A DNA stretch of 64,000 nt from an uncultured cyanobacterium (GTDB lineage: Bacteria > Cyanobacteriota > Cyanobacteriia > Cyanobacteriales > CAWCAG01), in assembly GCA_963793425.1 (NCBI GenBank), contig CAWCAG010000007.1:512001-576000 (forward strand), written 5' to 3'. The translations under genes were made by a program, and so were the position numbers. This document shows positions 32,062-42,818 of this stretch, piece after piece (positions within the stretch are counted from its first letter, which is position 1; the number at the start of each line of letters is the position of its first letter). The notes under the pieces are model-generated. The model made no database searches and was not told the DNA's origin. It worked only from the letters and a program-made list of their open reading frames with translations.

Positions 32062-33732
32062 TTATCTCAAAGTTTGTCTTGCTGAAGCACTAACAAGATC
32101 AACAACAAAAGTAAGTATGATAAATACTATCAAAATAGTAACAACACTAGGATAATCGAAATTACTTAATTGCTCTGTTAACAACCTACCCAAACCTCCT
32201 GCCCCCACTAAGCCAACAATAACAGTGGCACGGATACAAACTTCCCAACGGTAAAGAATATAGGCAAGAAAGCGAGGTAAGGTTAGAGGTAAAATCCCAT
32301 AGAGAAAAACTTGCCCTGATGTTGCCCCCAAAGCAGAAAGAGATTTTAGAGGGCGTTGATCCAGGTTTTCTATTACCTCTGCCATTAAACGTCCCAGGAT
32401 ACCTAAATTATGTAAACCAAGGGCGATCCCACCGGGTAAAATGCCTGGAAAAAAGCCAAAAAGAAAAATTAGAGCCCAAATGGGTTCGGGAACAGCCCTA
32501 GTTAAAAGTAAAATAAAGCGAGTAGTGATTAAGAGAAAAAGGGGTAATAGTTTGTTGCTTTTAACAGGGTTAAATACTCCTCCTGGCAAAAACAAATTAT
32601 TAGCAGCAGTAAAAGAAAGTAAAATTCCTCCTGCGCCAGCTATAACTATTGCTAAAACTGACATAGCTAAGGTTTGTTGGGCTAGTTTCCAGAGGGAAGA
32701 GAATTGACTAAAATTAGGTGGGAAAGCATCTGTTACTATGGTAATCAGGTTATTAATTGTACGAGGCGAACAAAGTTGAGAAAAATCCGCTTTGATGTAC
32801 CAAAAAGAAAAAATGATTAAGCTAACTGTACCAAGGATAGAGAAAATAGTTAAATAAGATTTTCTCTCCCTAAAATAGGAAGTTTGAGTCTTTTTGAAAC
32901 TAAGAAAATGTAAATCTAAACGAGTTGGGGCATCCAAACTACGACGTAGCAGAGAACTCCATAAATCGACGCTACCAGTCAAAAGAATTAAAGCAATCAG
33001 GAAAGTCCACATTTGCTGGTAATTCAAAGCTTGCAGACTAAGCAAAATTTCATAACCCAGCCCCCCAGCCCCAATAATACCTAACACCGCAGCAGAACGA
33101 ATAGAACATTCAAAACGGTAGAAAGCGTAGGAAAGGAGATTAAGGAAGGCTTGGGGAATTAAACTGTAAAGAAAAGCTGGTAAAGGGGCAACCCCACTAC
33201 CCAACAAACTTTGTAAAGCTTGGGGTGATGTCTCATCTAAAATCTCTGCAAAAACTTTAGCTGTAATTGCGCCAAAAGGAAGGGCGATCGCCCCTATTGC
33301 CACTAAAGGATCTAGTCCGAAAATATTAACAAAAAATAAACCCCAGATTGCTTCATGAATTGAGCGAGGTATCGCTAAAATTCCTCTTACTAATAACCAA
33401 GGAGCGCTAGAATTATTAGGAAATAAACAATGCCACCAAACTTGAGAAGAAAACAAGCCCCCGATCATACCAATAAGTAAACTTAAAAAAGTTCCGCAGG
33501 TAGCAAAAGCTAAGGTGGTTAAAGTTGCGTTTAAAGTTAAACGGAGAAATTCAGGACTAATTTCTGGAGAAGTTGCGGCAGCAAGGAAGCGCAAAACTAA
33601 GGTAATGCCTCCAGTATTAATTAAATCCCCTTGAAAAACTCCTGCAACCTGTAATGACCAAAGCAGAGAAAGGAGCAAAATAAAGCTCCAAAAAGTATGC
33701 CAGTTAAGGAAGTAAAGCCGAAGGGAGTTCAC
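32062..33732 (-). CDS. PhnE/PtxC-family ABC permease with two fused permease domains
   Basis: Two copies of R(S/A)(I/V)xE...YR(F/W)E..IR.A...G..GAGGLG. Confidence 0.88.
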   Translation of the reverse strand: MNSLRLYFLNWHTFWSFILLLSLLWSLQVAGVFQGDLINTGGITLVLRFLAAATSPEISPEFLRLTLNATLTTLAFATCGTFLSLLIGMIGGLFSSQVWWHCLFPNNSSAPWLLVRGILAIPRSIHEAIWGLFFVNIFGLDPLVAIGAIALPFGAITAKVFAEILDETSPQALQSLLGSGVAPLPAFLYSLIPQAFLNLLSYAFYRFECSIRSAAVLGIIGAGGLGYEILLSLQALNYQQMWTFLIALILLTGSVDLWSSLLRRSLDAPTRLDLHFLSFKKTQTSYFRERKSYLTIFSILGTVSLIIFSFWYIKADFSQLCSPRTINNLITIVTDAFPPNFSQFSSLWKLAQQTLAMSVLAIVIAGAGGILLSFTAANNLFLPGGVFNPVKSNKLLPLFLLITTRFILLLTRAVPEPIWALIFLFGFFPGILPGGIALGLHNLGILGRLMAEVIENLDQRPLKSLSALGATSGQVFLYGILPLTLPRFLAYILYRWEVCIRATVIVGLVGAGGLGRLLTEQLSNFDYPSVVTILIVFIILTFVVDLVSASARQTLR

Positions 33733-33846
33733 GCATTTAAAATGTTTAATTTAGCATTGCTCTACTCTAGTCATTTTTGCAAGCTAGACTAATAATTGTA
33801 CGGTGGGATCGCCCAAAACAATAATTGAAACAAAGAGTATAAAACC

Positions 33847-34272
33847 ATGCGAATGCTACATACCATGATTAGGGTATGCAACTTAGAAGAATCGGTGAAA
33901 TTCTATTGCGAAGTTTTGGGTATGAAATTACTTCGTCAAAAAGACTACCCTGGGGGCGAATTCACCTTAGCCTTTGTGGGTTATGGCGACGAATCGGAAC
34001 ATAGTGTCATTGAACTCACCCATAACTGGGGGGTAGATAGTTATGAAATTGGGGATGGTTTTGGTCATCTTGCCCTGGGGGTAGATAATATCTATGATAC
34101 TTGCGCCCAAATTAGAGTGCGAGGAGGTAAAATCACTAGGGAACCAGGGCCAATGAAACATGGTTCAACGGTAATAGCCTTTGTTGAAGATCCTAATGGT
34201 TATAAGATTGAGCTAATTCAGTTAGGAACTCAAGGTTCTCAGCAAAAGAAAGAAACAGCTACTGCAAGTTAA
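33847..34272 (+). CDS. gloA: Lactoylglutathione lyase (glyoxalase I)
   Basis: [32 protein letters not shown]. Confidence 0.97.
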   Translation: MRMLHTMIRVCNLEESVKFYCEVLGMKLLRQKDYPGGEFTLAFVGYGDESEHSVIELTHNWGVDSYEIGDGFGHLALGVDNIYDTCAQIRVRGGKITREPGPMKHGSTVIAFVEDPNGYKIELIQLGTQGSQQKKETATAS

Positions 34273-34401
34273 GTCATAATTAACTAGCGCACCGTGGCAA
34301 TAATAACTGATACTAGCAATTGATGAGATGGGAAAATCAAGGAAGTCAACCATTGCTTCCCATTAATTCATTAATTTTGCCTAACCTCTGTTGCCATCCC
34401 C

Positions 34402-35448
34402 ATGCTTGAGATTTTCATTGCTGTCCTTATTGTTCTCTCAGGTTCGGCTATCTGTTCTTGTGCAGAAACTGCTTTACTATCTATATCTACAGTTAGAGTT
34501 CGCCAATTAGCCCAGTCTAAACAACCTGCTACCTTGGCGCTTTTAGCAATCCGGCAAAGGATAAATCGTCCCATAGCTACTATTGTCATCCTTAACAATA
34601 CCTTCAATATTATTGGTAGTATTGTCATTGGCAGTTTAGCAACTCAAGAATTAGGAGATGCTTGGTTAGGGCTATTTTCGGCAGTATTAACCTTTTTAAT
34701 TATTGTCTTTGCTGAAATAATTCCTAAAACTTTAGGAGAACGCTATGCTCACCATATCGCTCTTTTTGTAGCCATTCCTGTTAAAGGGTTAACTTTCCTC
34801 TTCACTCCCTTAGTTTGGTTAATGGAACAAGTAACCTCTCCTTTTGTTAAAGGAAAAAAACTACCCACCACCAACGAAGCAGAAATTCAATTCTTAGCCA
34901 GAATTGGTTATCAAGAAGGAGTAATTGAAGACGACGAAGCAGAAATGATTCAGCGTGTCTTTCAATTGAACGATCTTAATGCTGCTAATCTTATGACACC
35001 AAGGGTGATTGTTACCTATTTGCGAGGAGAATTAACTCTTATAGAGGCTAAAGATGAAATCTTAAATTCTCAGCACACTCGAATTATTGTGGTAGAAGAT
35101 TCTTTAGACAGAGTAACTGGCGTAGCCTTAAAGCAAGACTTACTCGCTGCGATGGTAGAAGACAAAAGCGATCACCAAATTGCTAATTTAGTTCGTCCTG
35201 TCCATTATGTCCCAGAAACAGTTAGAGCAGACAAACTACTCAAAACCTTTCAATCTACCCATGAACATCTCTTTGTTGTTCTTGATGAGTATGGCGGAGT
35301 CTCAGGGGTTGTCACCCTAGAGGATGTATTGGAAGTACTTACCGGAGAGATAGTTGATGAAACAGATAGAATTATCGATCTCCAAGAAATTGCCCGCAAA
35401 CGCAGAAAAAATATGTTGCAGTCTATGGGATTTGATCATGAAGATTAA
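34402..35448 (+). CDS. CNNM/hemolysin-family (DUF21 plus CBS) membrane protein
   Basis: SCAETALLS, FAEIIPK, MTPR, VLDEYGGVSGVVTLEDVLE. Confidence 0.92.
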   Translation: MLEIFIAVLIVLSGSAICSCAETALLSISTVRVRQLAQSKQPATLALLAIRQRINRPIATIVILNNTFNIIGSIVIGSLATQELGDAWLGLFSAVLTFLIIVFAEIIPKTLGERYAHHIALFVAIPVKGLTFLFTPLVWLMEQVTSPFVKGKKLPTTNEAEIQFLARIGYQEGVIEDDEAEMIQRVFQLNDLNAANLMTPRVIVTYLRGELTLIEAKDEILNSQHTRIIVVEDSLDRVTGVALKQDLLAAMVEDKSDHQIANLVRPVHYVPETVRADKLLKTFQSTHEHLFVVLDEYGGVSGVVTLEDVLEVLTGEIVDETDRIIDLQEIARKRRKNMLQSMGFDHED

Positions 35449-35681
35449 GCAGAAGGAGTACCGAAAGAAGAACTCTGCTGCTTTTTGTCATTTCTTTCAT
35501 CTTCTTCCCGACGGCCATCACCACGAGAATCACTCCTTTTTTGTTCACCTTGAGCAACAGTTTCTTTTTGAAGAGCCTCAAATTGCAAAGGCTTTTGGGG
35601 CTGAGATGCTGTTTGGTAATGACAATTTACCAAACCAGTAATTAATAAGCTTGTTAACAAAACCGAACCCTGAATTTGCAT
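35445..35681 (-). CDS. PatX-like small secreted protein with variant RGDGRR motif
   Basis: Signal-like MQIQGSVLLTSLLITGLVNC, Pro-containing spacer, SRGDGRR at 35508-35528; alternative start at 35696. Confidence 0.55.
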   Translation of the reverse strand: MQIQGSVLLTSLLITGLVNCHYQTASQPQKPLQFEALQKETVAQGEQKRSDSRGDGRREEDERNDKKQQSSSFGTPSA

Positions 35682-35823
35682 AGCGAATATTCTCATGAAA
35701 GCTTTGTTCACTAATGCAATCTTTTTTGCCCTTAATCCGTACAAAAAAGCATTAATGTGACAGTTCTTAAACTGATTACTCGGCAGACTTTTTAAGTCGT
35801 TAGATATACGGATAAGCTATTAA

Positions 35824-36192
35824 TTAGCGCTGCCAAACCACTAAAATCACACCACAAACAATAAATCCTAGACCAACGAGACGACTTGTAGGAATAGTCT
35901 CGTGAAAAATAAAATACCCCAGTAAAACTGAAAAAATATAAATCAAGGAAGCTGAAGGCCCCACAACACTAAGCTTGACGCGGGTAAGCAACATAATATA
36001 AAAAATAGCTCCTAATCCATAGCAAACCAAACCAGTAACTAGTTCAGGGGTGGTAGCAATACCAAGAATATGACTAATTAGATTATTGGCAGTAACTTTT
36101 CCTAACTTAAGGGCCCCTAACTTTAAGAAAAACTGTCCTAAAGCACTAATTGATATTGATAACAGAAGGAGAACCAATTCTGGTGGTGTCAT
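35824..36192 (-). CDS. EamA/SMR-like small transporter
   Basis: Four hydrophobic helices; GQFFLKLG, LSVVGP, FHETI...GLGFIVCGV. Confidence 0.85.
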   Translation of the reverse strand: MTPPELVLLLLSISISALGQFFLKLGALKLGKVTANNLISHILGIATTPELVTGLVCYGLGAIFYIMLLTRVKLSVVGPSASLIYIFSVLLGYFIFHETIPTSRLVGLGFIVCGVILVVWQR

Positions 36193-36357
36193 AAATTATT
36201 GCGAAATCAAGATAAGCAACTTTGGATTATATCTTAGTGTTTGCTTAGCTTCCGTTAATATACTGGTTTATGTGAATTGATTTTCTGGCGTTGCCAAACA
36301 GACTCTTCCTGGGAAGCGATGTTATTCTAGCCATTAACAACCACAAATAAGCTTCAG

Positions 36358-36834
36358 ATGACCAAATCCTCTAACCTGTCCTGGTACTCAACTTTGTTGA
36401 TGGGAACTGTCTTCCTAACCTTGGGAATAAGCATCAAACCGACTCAAGCACAAAGTAGCTATGCACCTATTCCTATACCTCAAAGCAACGAAATTTCTGA
36501 TCGGCTTTCAGAATCAGACATTCCTACAGGTGATGGCGGTTTTTTCCGAGATTATTTAGTAAATTTACAGAAAGGAGATCAAGTAGCTATAGACCTTCTT
36601 TCTGAAGAGTTTGATACAGTGATCACCTTAATCGCTGATGATGGTTCTGCGGTAGGAGAAAATGATGATGGTCCCGATGGCAGTACTAATTCTCTGTTGT
36701 TTTCCAGAATTGCAGAAACAGGTAAATATGTCGTTCGGGTTAAAGCCTTTGGAGAGACTGGAGGCGGTACATTTTCCCTTAAAGTAACCCGTTTGCGACC
36801 TACAGGTGGTGCAGCAACTTGTGATTGTGAGTAG
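36358..36834 (+). CDS. Exported PPC (pre-peptidase C-terminal) domain protein
   Basis: Signal peptide ending AQ; GDQVAIDLLSEEFD...ENDDGPDGSTNS...GKYVVRV. Confidence 0.85.
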   Translation: MTKSSNLSWYSTLLMGTVFLTLGISIKPTQAQSSYAPIPIPQSNEISDRLSESDIPTGDGGFFRDYLVNLQKGDQVAIDLLSEEFDTVITLIADDGSAVGENDDGPDGSTNSLLFSRIAETGKYVVRVKAFGETGGGTFSLKVTRLRPTGGAATCDCE

Positions 36835-36844
36835 TTGGGGATGT

Positions 36845-37636
36845 TTATAATACTATAGTTAGAAAGCACAGTAATAATGCTTCTGTCCATTCTACCACCG
36901 CACCATAGGTATCCCCTGTATGACCTCCTAGTTGACGATTAAACCAGGCAGCTACAGTTATAGTAGTTACAGCCCCACCTAGTATCATTGCTAAAGGTAG
37001 CTGCCACCCTTGGGGATGAAAGTAAAGGGGAGTACTGCTCAAGGCAATTAAGGTAAGCAAACCTAAAAGTAAGTCTTGGGGTAGTTGTATCGACTCTTTG
37101 TGAAATGCACCTTTACCTTCCGGTTTCAAATAATCATAGTATGCGATCGCCCAAACTTGTCCCCAACGTCCCCACCCAGCACAAAACATTAAAGCTAACC
37201 AGCGGTAGTTGGTTAGTTCGCTTAAAGCAGCAGTTTTTAAGAGTAGAACCATGACTGCTGCTATTACCCCAAAAGCACCTGTGCGACTATCCTGCATCAC
37301 TTCTAGTCGGCGTTCTGGTTCCAATACTCCCAAGCCATCAGCACTATCAATAGCCCCATCTAGGTGCAAGCCTCCGGTGATGATAATCCAAATTCCGACA
37401 ATTAAAGCACTGCGGGTTAACCCTGGCATAGCTAATTGCTCTAAACCAAGATCCACTAACCCTAAAAAACCACCAATCATAATACCAATCAGAGGAGCAA
37501 AACGGGCTACCCTTTGCCATTCTAATTTCCACTGAGCAGGTAAAGGTAGATAAGTATAAAAAACGATCCCTCCTAAAAATGACTTGAAGACGGATTTGCT
37601 TGATTTTACGGATTCATGATGCATAAATTGCTTCAT
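36845..37636 (-). CDS. cobS: Adenosylcobinamide-GDP ribazoletransferase (cobalamin synthase)
   Basis: [33 protein letters not shown]; start uncertain. Confidence 0.95.
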   Translation of the reverse strand: MKQFMHHESVKSSKSVFKSFLGGIVFYTYLPLPAQWKLEWQRVARFAPLIGIMIGGFLGLVDLGLEQLAMPGLTRSALIVGIWIIITGGLHLDGAIDSADGLGVLEPERRLEVMQDSRTGAFGVIAAVMVLLLKTAALSELTNYRWLALMFCAGWGRWGQVWAIAYYDYLKPEGKGAFHKESIQLPQDLLLGLLTLIALSSTPLYFHPQGWQLPLAMILGGAVTTITVAAWFNRQLGGHTGDTYGAVVEWTEALLLCFLTIVL

Positions 37637-37763
37637 TCTTAATCGAAAATTTAATGAACCGCAGAAATTTATGGCAACAGCGGCTAAATCTTGGGCTAAG
37701 ATCGTCTAGTAGTCTGGCTTAATTAAACAGCAGACCATCCAAAAGCATCACAGGCTTTTCCCT

Positions 37764-38213
37764 ATGAGTCAAGAACAATCCATACACCAATTACCAGCCC
37801 CTTGTATTATTGATAACGGCATTGTTGTTAATAAGGACGATATGCACCGCCTCCTAACCAATCTAGGTCGCGTCAAGTATATTCACACTTTAGAAGAGAA
37901 ATTACAAGTTGAAGATGAGGGTTTTGTAGTCGAGGTTTTCGGCGATCCTCACCAATCTACCTTAATTGTTAATGGTTCTCTTCACCTGAATGTACAGAGT
38001 TTTGATTATTTACAATTGCATCGTTCTGAAAATAGAGAAGCTTATTTTGATTTAATTCAAGATAATCGCCAGTTGCGACTAATTCCTCTGTCTAACCCCT
38101 TAGAAGAGCAAGTTAACAAAAATTTGGATGTAGACGCTTTAGAAGCAATGGTAGCTCAAGTTCTCTCTGCTAAATGGGATGTACAAATTGATGAGGATGA
38201 TTGCCCTTTTTAG
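37764..38213 (+). CDS. Conserved cyanobacterial hypothetical protein
   Basis: Clean ORF; LPAPCIID.GIVVNK.DM...NVQSFDYL...QDNRQLRLIP. Confidence 0.8.
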   Translation: MSQEQSIHQLPAPCIIDNGIVVNKDDMHRLLTNLGRVKYIHTLEEKLQVEDEGFVVEVFGDPHQSTLIVNGSLHLNVQSFDYLQLHRSENREAYFDLIQDNRQLRLIPLSNPLEEQVNKNLDVDALEAMVAQVLSAKWDVQIDEDDCPF

Positions 38214-38253
38214 GACTTTAAAATTAATGATGATTATTATGGCAACTTAATTA

Positions 38254-39360
38254 GTGGGATTTTCTTTTCAGCATCAAGGACAATGTGGTCAAACCCAAGC
38301 TAGGGCTGGAGTGTTGCATACGCCTCATGGCAACATGGAAACCCCTAAATTTATGCCTGTGGGAACTTTAGGGACGGTTAAAGGGTTAACTCCGGCCCAA
38401 TTAGAAGATTGTCAGGCCCAAACTATCCTAGCTAATACTTACCACCTACATCTGCAACCAGGAGAAAAAATTGTTGCCGCAGCGGGAGGACTCCATAACT
38501 TTATGGGTTGGCAGCAACCAATTTTAACGGATTCTGGTGGCTTCCAAGTATTTAGTTTGAGCAAACTACGGAAAATAACTGAACAAGGAGTTGAATTTCG
38601 CTCTCCTAGAGATGGCAGAATAATTAACTTTACACCAGAGGTTTCTATTCAGATTCAGAATACCCTAGGTGCAGATATTATCATGGCTTTCGATGAATGT
38701 CCTCCTTACCCTGCTCAGTATTCTGATGTGGTTGCGGCCACTGAACGTACCTACCGTTGGTTAAAGCGTTCTATCCAAGCCCACCAACGCCCTCAACAAC
38801 AGGCTTTGTTCGCCATTGTCCAAGGAGGGATTTATACTGATTTACGCCAAAAAGCGGCGCAGGATTTAGCAGCCCTAGACCTTCCTGGTTACGCCATAGG
38901 AGGAGTAAGTGTAGGAGAACCCCCTGAACTAATCAATCAGATTGTACGCTCAACTGCGCCTCTTTTACCCCCTCATAAGCCGAGATATTTAATGGGAGTA
39001 GGGACATATCGAGAAATGGTTCAGGGGATTGCCTCCGGAATTGATATGTTTGATTGCGTTATTCCCACCAGATTAGGCCGTCATGGTGCAGCTTTGGTAA
39101 GGGGGGAACGTTGGAACCTCAAAAATGCTCGCTTTCGAGAAGATTTTACCCCCCTAGACTCTCTTTGTAGCTGTTACACTTGCCAAACTTTCTCCCGTGC
39201 TTACCTGAATCATTTAGTGCGATCGCGGGAAATGTTAGGTTATATTTTACTTTCTTTGCATAACGTTAGAGAATTAATTCGCTTCACTGAAGATATCAGA
39301 AGAGCAATAATTGCTGATCGATTTGTCGAGGATTTTGGTGAGTGGCTGACGGATAAGTAA
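38254..39360 (+). CDS. tgt: tRNA-guanine(34) transglycosylase
   Basis: [31 protein letters not shown], Zn site CSCYTC...H. Confidence 0.97.
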   Translation: MGFSFQHQGQCGQTQARAGVLHTPHGNMETPKFMPVGTLGTVKGLTPAQLEDCQAQTILANTYHLHLQPGEKIVAAAGGLHNFMGWQQPILTDSGGFQVFSLSKLRKITEQGVEFRSPRDGRIINFTPEVSIQIQNTLGADIIMAFDECPPYPAQYSDVVAATERTYRWLKRSIQAHQRPQQQALFAIVQGGIYTDLRQKAAQDLAALDLPGYAIGGVSVGEPPELINQIVRSTAPLLPPHKPRYLMGVGTYREMVQGIASGIDMFDCVIPTRLGRHGAALVRGERWNLKNARFREDFTPLDSLCSCYTCQTFSRAYLNHLVRSREMLGYILLSLHNVRELIRFTEDIRRAIIADRFVEDFGEWLTDK

Positions 39361-39464
39361 TAAGTGATAATACTTGTTTAAGTTATTAATAACCGACTAC
39401 CAACTCATGTTAAAATTCCCCTTAAATATGATTAAAACTTGTTTTGGAAAGGTAAAAAAATAAT

Positions 39465-39602
39465 ATGGAAGTAGTGATGTTGTTAGCGAAATTACCGGAA
39501 GCTTATTCTCTTTTCGATCCTTTAGTGGATGTTTTACCGATCATTCCCCTCTTTTTTCTTTTACTTGCCTTTGTTTGGCAAGCAGCGGTTGGATTCAAGT
39601 AA
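39465..39602 (+). CDS. psbK: Photosystem II protein K (not in the ORF track)
   Basis: Translated by hand: [45 protein letters not shown]. Confidence 0.97.
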   Translation: MEVVMLLAKLPEAYSLFDPLVDVLPIIPLFFLLLAFVWQAAVGFK

Positions 39603-39780
39603 ATGTCTAACCACTCAGTTGTTTGAGGAGTTGGGGGTAGGAGATTAACTTGAGGAATTAACCAAACTTTGTATTGTTTTTAAGCTGCGATCGCAATCAC
39701 AAAGTGTTTTTTCCTCAAGAGACTGGCACAGAAAGAAAATATCCGCCAGAATCTCGAATTAGGGGTTAAACCGCAACTCC

Positions 39781-40473
39781 CTAATGTAACTCTCCTTCCA
39801 CCATCACCTCACCAATTTTGGCATTATCCTTAAATTTATTGGTTTCGTAATATGCCCCCCCTGAAGATTGGGGATAAACCCCAACAAAGCCTTTTGCTCC
39901 TAGATTGCCATTGGTTCTAAAAGTTATTTTTTGGTCAGCCGTTTCAGCAAACTTAACAAATTCCCTAGCTTCGTAATCTGTGTTGTAGCTTAAGGTTGCT
40001 TGCCCATAAACAGATTCAGCTTTTTTAATCAGAGTACCTGGCCCTACCCCTTCTGCTGTACGAAACTGGGGGTTATCTGTAAGCAAAATTTGGATCGGGT
40101 CTTGATCCTCTAATTGATCAAAGTTGAAGTAAAGAATGTAATAAAGAGTCTCGCTACCTTTTTTAACTGCGATCGCATCTAAATCCACCATGAAAGAAGG
40201 TAAAGTTTCAAAAGTTACCTCATCACCCAATTTCTCTTTAAGTTCACCCAACGTCATACCAATTTGGGCTTCACCAATTCCTTGTTCAGAAAGAGCAAAT
40301 TCTTCTGAAGCGGGGGCTTTTAGAGGTTGAGAAGTTGTTGGTGATTTTTCTTCTGCTTGGGACTCTGATTCTGTAGTAGTGTCTTGGTCTACAGAATTTG
40401 GTTCAACTTCAGCTTGAGGATTACATCCTGTGAGAATGAGCAGTAATATTGCTAAAAAATAGACTAATTTCAT
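39781..40473 (-). CDS. Hypothetical lipoprotein
   Basis: Lipobox LTGC; GIGEAQIGMTL; FRTAEGVGPG. Confidence 0.8.
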   Translation of the reverse strand: MKLVYFLAILLLILTGCNPQAEVEPNSVDQDTTTESESQAEEKSPTTSQPLKAPASEEFALSEQGIGEAQIGMTLGELKEKLGDEVTFETLPSFMVDLDAIAVKKGSETLYYILYFNFDQLEDQDPIQILLTDNPQFRTAEGVGPGTLIKKAESVYGQATLSYNTDYEAREFVKFAETADQKITFRTNGNLGAKGFVGVYPQSSGGAYYETNKFKDNAKIGEVMVEGELH

Positions 40474-40554
40474 AGTTAAATTTATTGGTAATTGATATTT
40501 CTACTTTCCCTTACTGGTTTAAATTTAAGTTCAATTAGAAAAAATAGAAACAAC

Positions 40555-40583
40555 AAAAAGGGATAATTTGTGACAATTACCCC
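40555..40583 (-). terminator. Rho-independent terminator (minus strand)
   Basis: Minus strand ggggtaatt-gtcaca-aattatccc-ttttt. Confidence 0.65.
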
Positions 40584-40627
40584 TGTGAAATTCAGTATGA
40601 CATTTTTGAGTGGATGTGGAGGAAGAT

Positions 40628-40804
40628 TTAGCTAAGGATGAAATAGTGGAGATTATTAAGGTAGTGATAGTAGGGAAGGCTACAGGATTGGCGACGTTCG
40701 TGATAGCGGCTTTGATGGCGGTGGTTTTGCCGATTAGTTTCCCTAGTCAGTTGCTCACAATCTGAACAGGTAAGCTGTAGCTTGAAGCTTTGTTGATTGT
40801 TCAT
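40628..40804 (-). CDS. Unannotated 58-aa small protein (CxxC, His/Arg/Tyr-rich)
   Basis: MNNQQSFKLQLTCSDCEQLTRETNRQNHRHQSRYHERRQSCSLPYYHYLNNLHYFILS; followed by a terminator. Confidence 0.45.
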   Translation of the reverse strand: MNNQQSFKLQLTCSDCEQLTRETNRQNHRHQSRYHERRQSCSLPYYHYLNNLHYFILS

Positions 40805-40933
40805 TGCTTAATTCTTGACACCCAAAAGTTATCTTAACTTTCAGTATTGAATAACCAGATTTGCGATCGCGTTTGTGTTTTGTTTGCTTTGTGTATAAAT
40901 TGGGTATGCTTTACATTGAAAATTGACAAATTA

Positions 40934-41335
40934 CTAATCGGGCTTACCAAACCTAAATTGTGGTCCAAAAGCAAGTAATACTAAATGTCCGACTAAGATT
41001 AATAAATCTCTTTCCAATCCGGCTACTTTTTTAACATCTCCTAAAAAAGCAGGAAGTTGAACAGTAGCGATCGCCCCAGCAATAATAAATAACAAAACTA
41101 AATTAGCAATTGCCCAAAAACGACCAAATAAAAGCAAGACACTGGCAATCACCTCAACAATACCTGTAATTGGTCCCAGGAAACCAGGTAGCCCAAAACC
41201 AACGAATTTTTCCATGGCTACATCCCAAAAAATAGCTTTTGGCAAACCGTGATAAAGAAAAATTAATACCAATGTGATACGCACTATCCAAAGGGCATAA
41301 AACTGAAACTTGTTGTTAGCAAAAGAAATATTCAT
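40934..41335 (-). CDS. DoxX family membrane protein
   Basis: RITLVLIFLYHGLPK...VEVIASVLLL...GLERD. Confidence 0.85.
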   Translation of the reverse strand: MNISFANNKFQFYALWIVRITLVLIFLYHGLPKAIFWDVAMEKFVGFGLPGFLGPITGIVEVIASVLLLFGRFWAIANLVLLFIIAGAIATVQLPAFLGDVKKVAGLERDLLILVGHLVLLAFGPQFRFGKPD

Positions 41336-41356
41336 AAACTTTAACTCCTTGATTTA

Positions 41357-42103
41357 TTAAAGAGACTGATAACTTTTCATAACCGAAATACCTTGTGGTT
41401 GCAGAGTATCAGGCTGGTTTTCTATGGTGACTAAAACTGATTTAGCGTTGGTTAAACTATCTGGCGATAATTCTATGTGAACTGTTCCTTCTTCGTCGGG
41501 TTTAAAGTTGATACAGCCAACTTTTTTATTTGGAGAGACAGCCCACAAACGATAAACTTGGTTGCCTGGTAAAGAGTCTAAGTTTTGGAGAGTAAGGACA
41601 GCTTTTTGTTGTTCAGGGACAATAAATAAGCTTCCTGATGCCCCTTGCAACCTATTAATTCCCCTTAAAGCCACCAAACTATTATTAGGTTGGCGTAATA
41701 AGGTAATGAGTTCCTTTTGCTGTTGCAACTTTTCTTGGTTAAAAGCAAGTTGTTGGCGCAAGTAATAATCATCAATGCCTAAACAAATAGCCCCTAAAGT
41801 AGCGAAGGCTGCAACCAGCCACCCCCAACCTTGCAAGGTAAAACTAAAACCAGCTTTCGAGGAAAATTGTTGCCTTTGGGCTGTGGCTAGAATAAGTTCC
41901 CGTAATTCTGGGCTAGGTGTTTGACTTGGTAAGCCATAAGGCACTAAAGCTAAGGTTTCTTGCAGTTGTTCAATTTGTTCTAGTAACTCAGGATTATTGG
42001 CTAGTTGTTGTTTTAACCAAGTACATTCTGCTTCATCCAAATCTCCTAAAACATAGCCAGCCAATAACTCTTCTAGGTTGTCAAACTCAGGAGTATCATT
42101 CAT
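41357..42103 (-). CDS. Anti-sigma factor (RskA-like)
   Basis: ELLAGYVLGDL, PSPELRELIL, single TM, LP.NQVYRLWA, LVTIE. Confidence 0.9.
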   Translation of the reverse strand: MNDTPEFDNLEELLAGYVLGDLDEAECTWLKQQLANNPELLEQIEQLQETLALVPYGLPSQTPSPELRELILATAQRQQFSSKAGFSFTLQGWGWLVAAFATLGAICLGIDDYYLRQQLAFNQEKLQQQKELITLLRQPNNSLVALRGINRLQGASGSLFIVPEQQKAVLTLQNLDSLPGNQVYRLWAVSPNKKVGCINFKPDEEGTVHIELSPDSLTNAKSVLVTIENQPDTLQPQGISVMKSYQSL

Positions 42104-42107
42104 CCCT

Positions 42108-42728
42108 CTATTCCTGCCCCAACTCTTGTAGGGCTTGTCGCAGTTTTAGCAGCCCTCGGCGACATCGAGTTTTGACTGTTCCTAAAGGTAGATTTAGATG
42201 TTGAGCAATTTGAGAGTGACTTAATCCTTCATAATAAGAAAGTTCTAAAACTTGGCGTTGAGGTGCTGATAGTTGTTGGAGTGCTTTTCTTACTTGGTAG
42301 GTTCTTTCCTCTGTTGACACTTTTTCTAGAGGATGGCAGGAACTGTTAGTAGCTGTAAGATCATTCATTTTGCCTCTGTTTTGTAAAAGTTTCCACCAGG
42401 AATTTCTACTACGGAGACGGTCAATAGCCCGCGAACGGGTTAACATCATTAAGTAATTGTAAAAAGAGCCACGTTGCTGCTGATAATTAGGATGTGCCTG
42501 TAAACTAAGAAAGACTTCTTGGGTTAAATCTTCTGCTTCTGGAGGATTATTTAACATCCGTTGAGCCAAGCGGTAAACCAACAAGCCATAGCGGTCGTAT
42601 AATATCCCTAGAGCAAAGGTATTTCCCTGTTTGAAAGCAGCAAAAACATCTTCGTCTGTATAAGAGGCAAGCTGAACTCTTGGCTCAAAAGAATAGGTTA
42701 TCAAAGGATCACGACGCACTGAATTCAT
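42108..42728 (-). CDS. ECF RNA polymerase sigma factor (SigK-like)
   Basis: LYDRY, EAEDLTQEVF, RSRAIDRLR, YYEGLSHSQIA...LGTVKTR. Confidence 0.93.
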   Translation of the reverse strand: MNSVRRDPLITYSFEPRVQLASYTDEDVFAAFKQGNTFALGILYDRYGLLVYRLAQRMLNNPPEAEDLTQEVFLSLQAHPNYQQQRGSFYNYLMMLTRSRAIDRLRSRNSWWKLLQNRGKMNDLTATNSSCHPLEKVSTEERTYQVRKALQQLSAPQRQVLELSYYEGLSHSQIAQHLNLPLGTVKTRCRRGLLKLRQALQELGQE

Positions 42729-42818
42729 AATTAGAAAGCAAAAGGCAAAGACAATTTAGCAATAGGCATTGTGAATAATAGGCAAGAGGTTAGGTAAAAT
42801 TTTTCTGCTTACTTGGTA

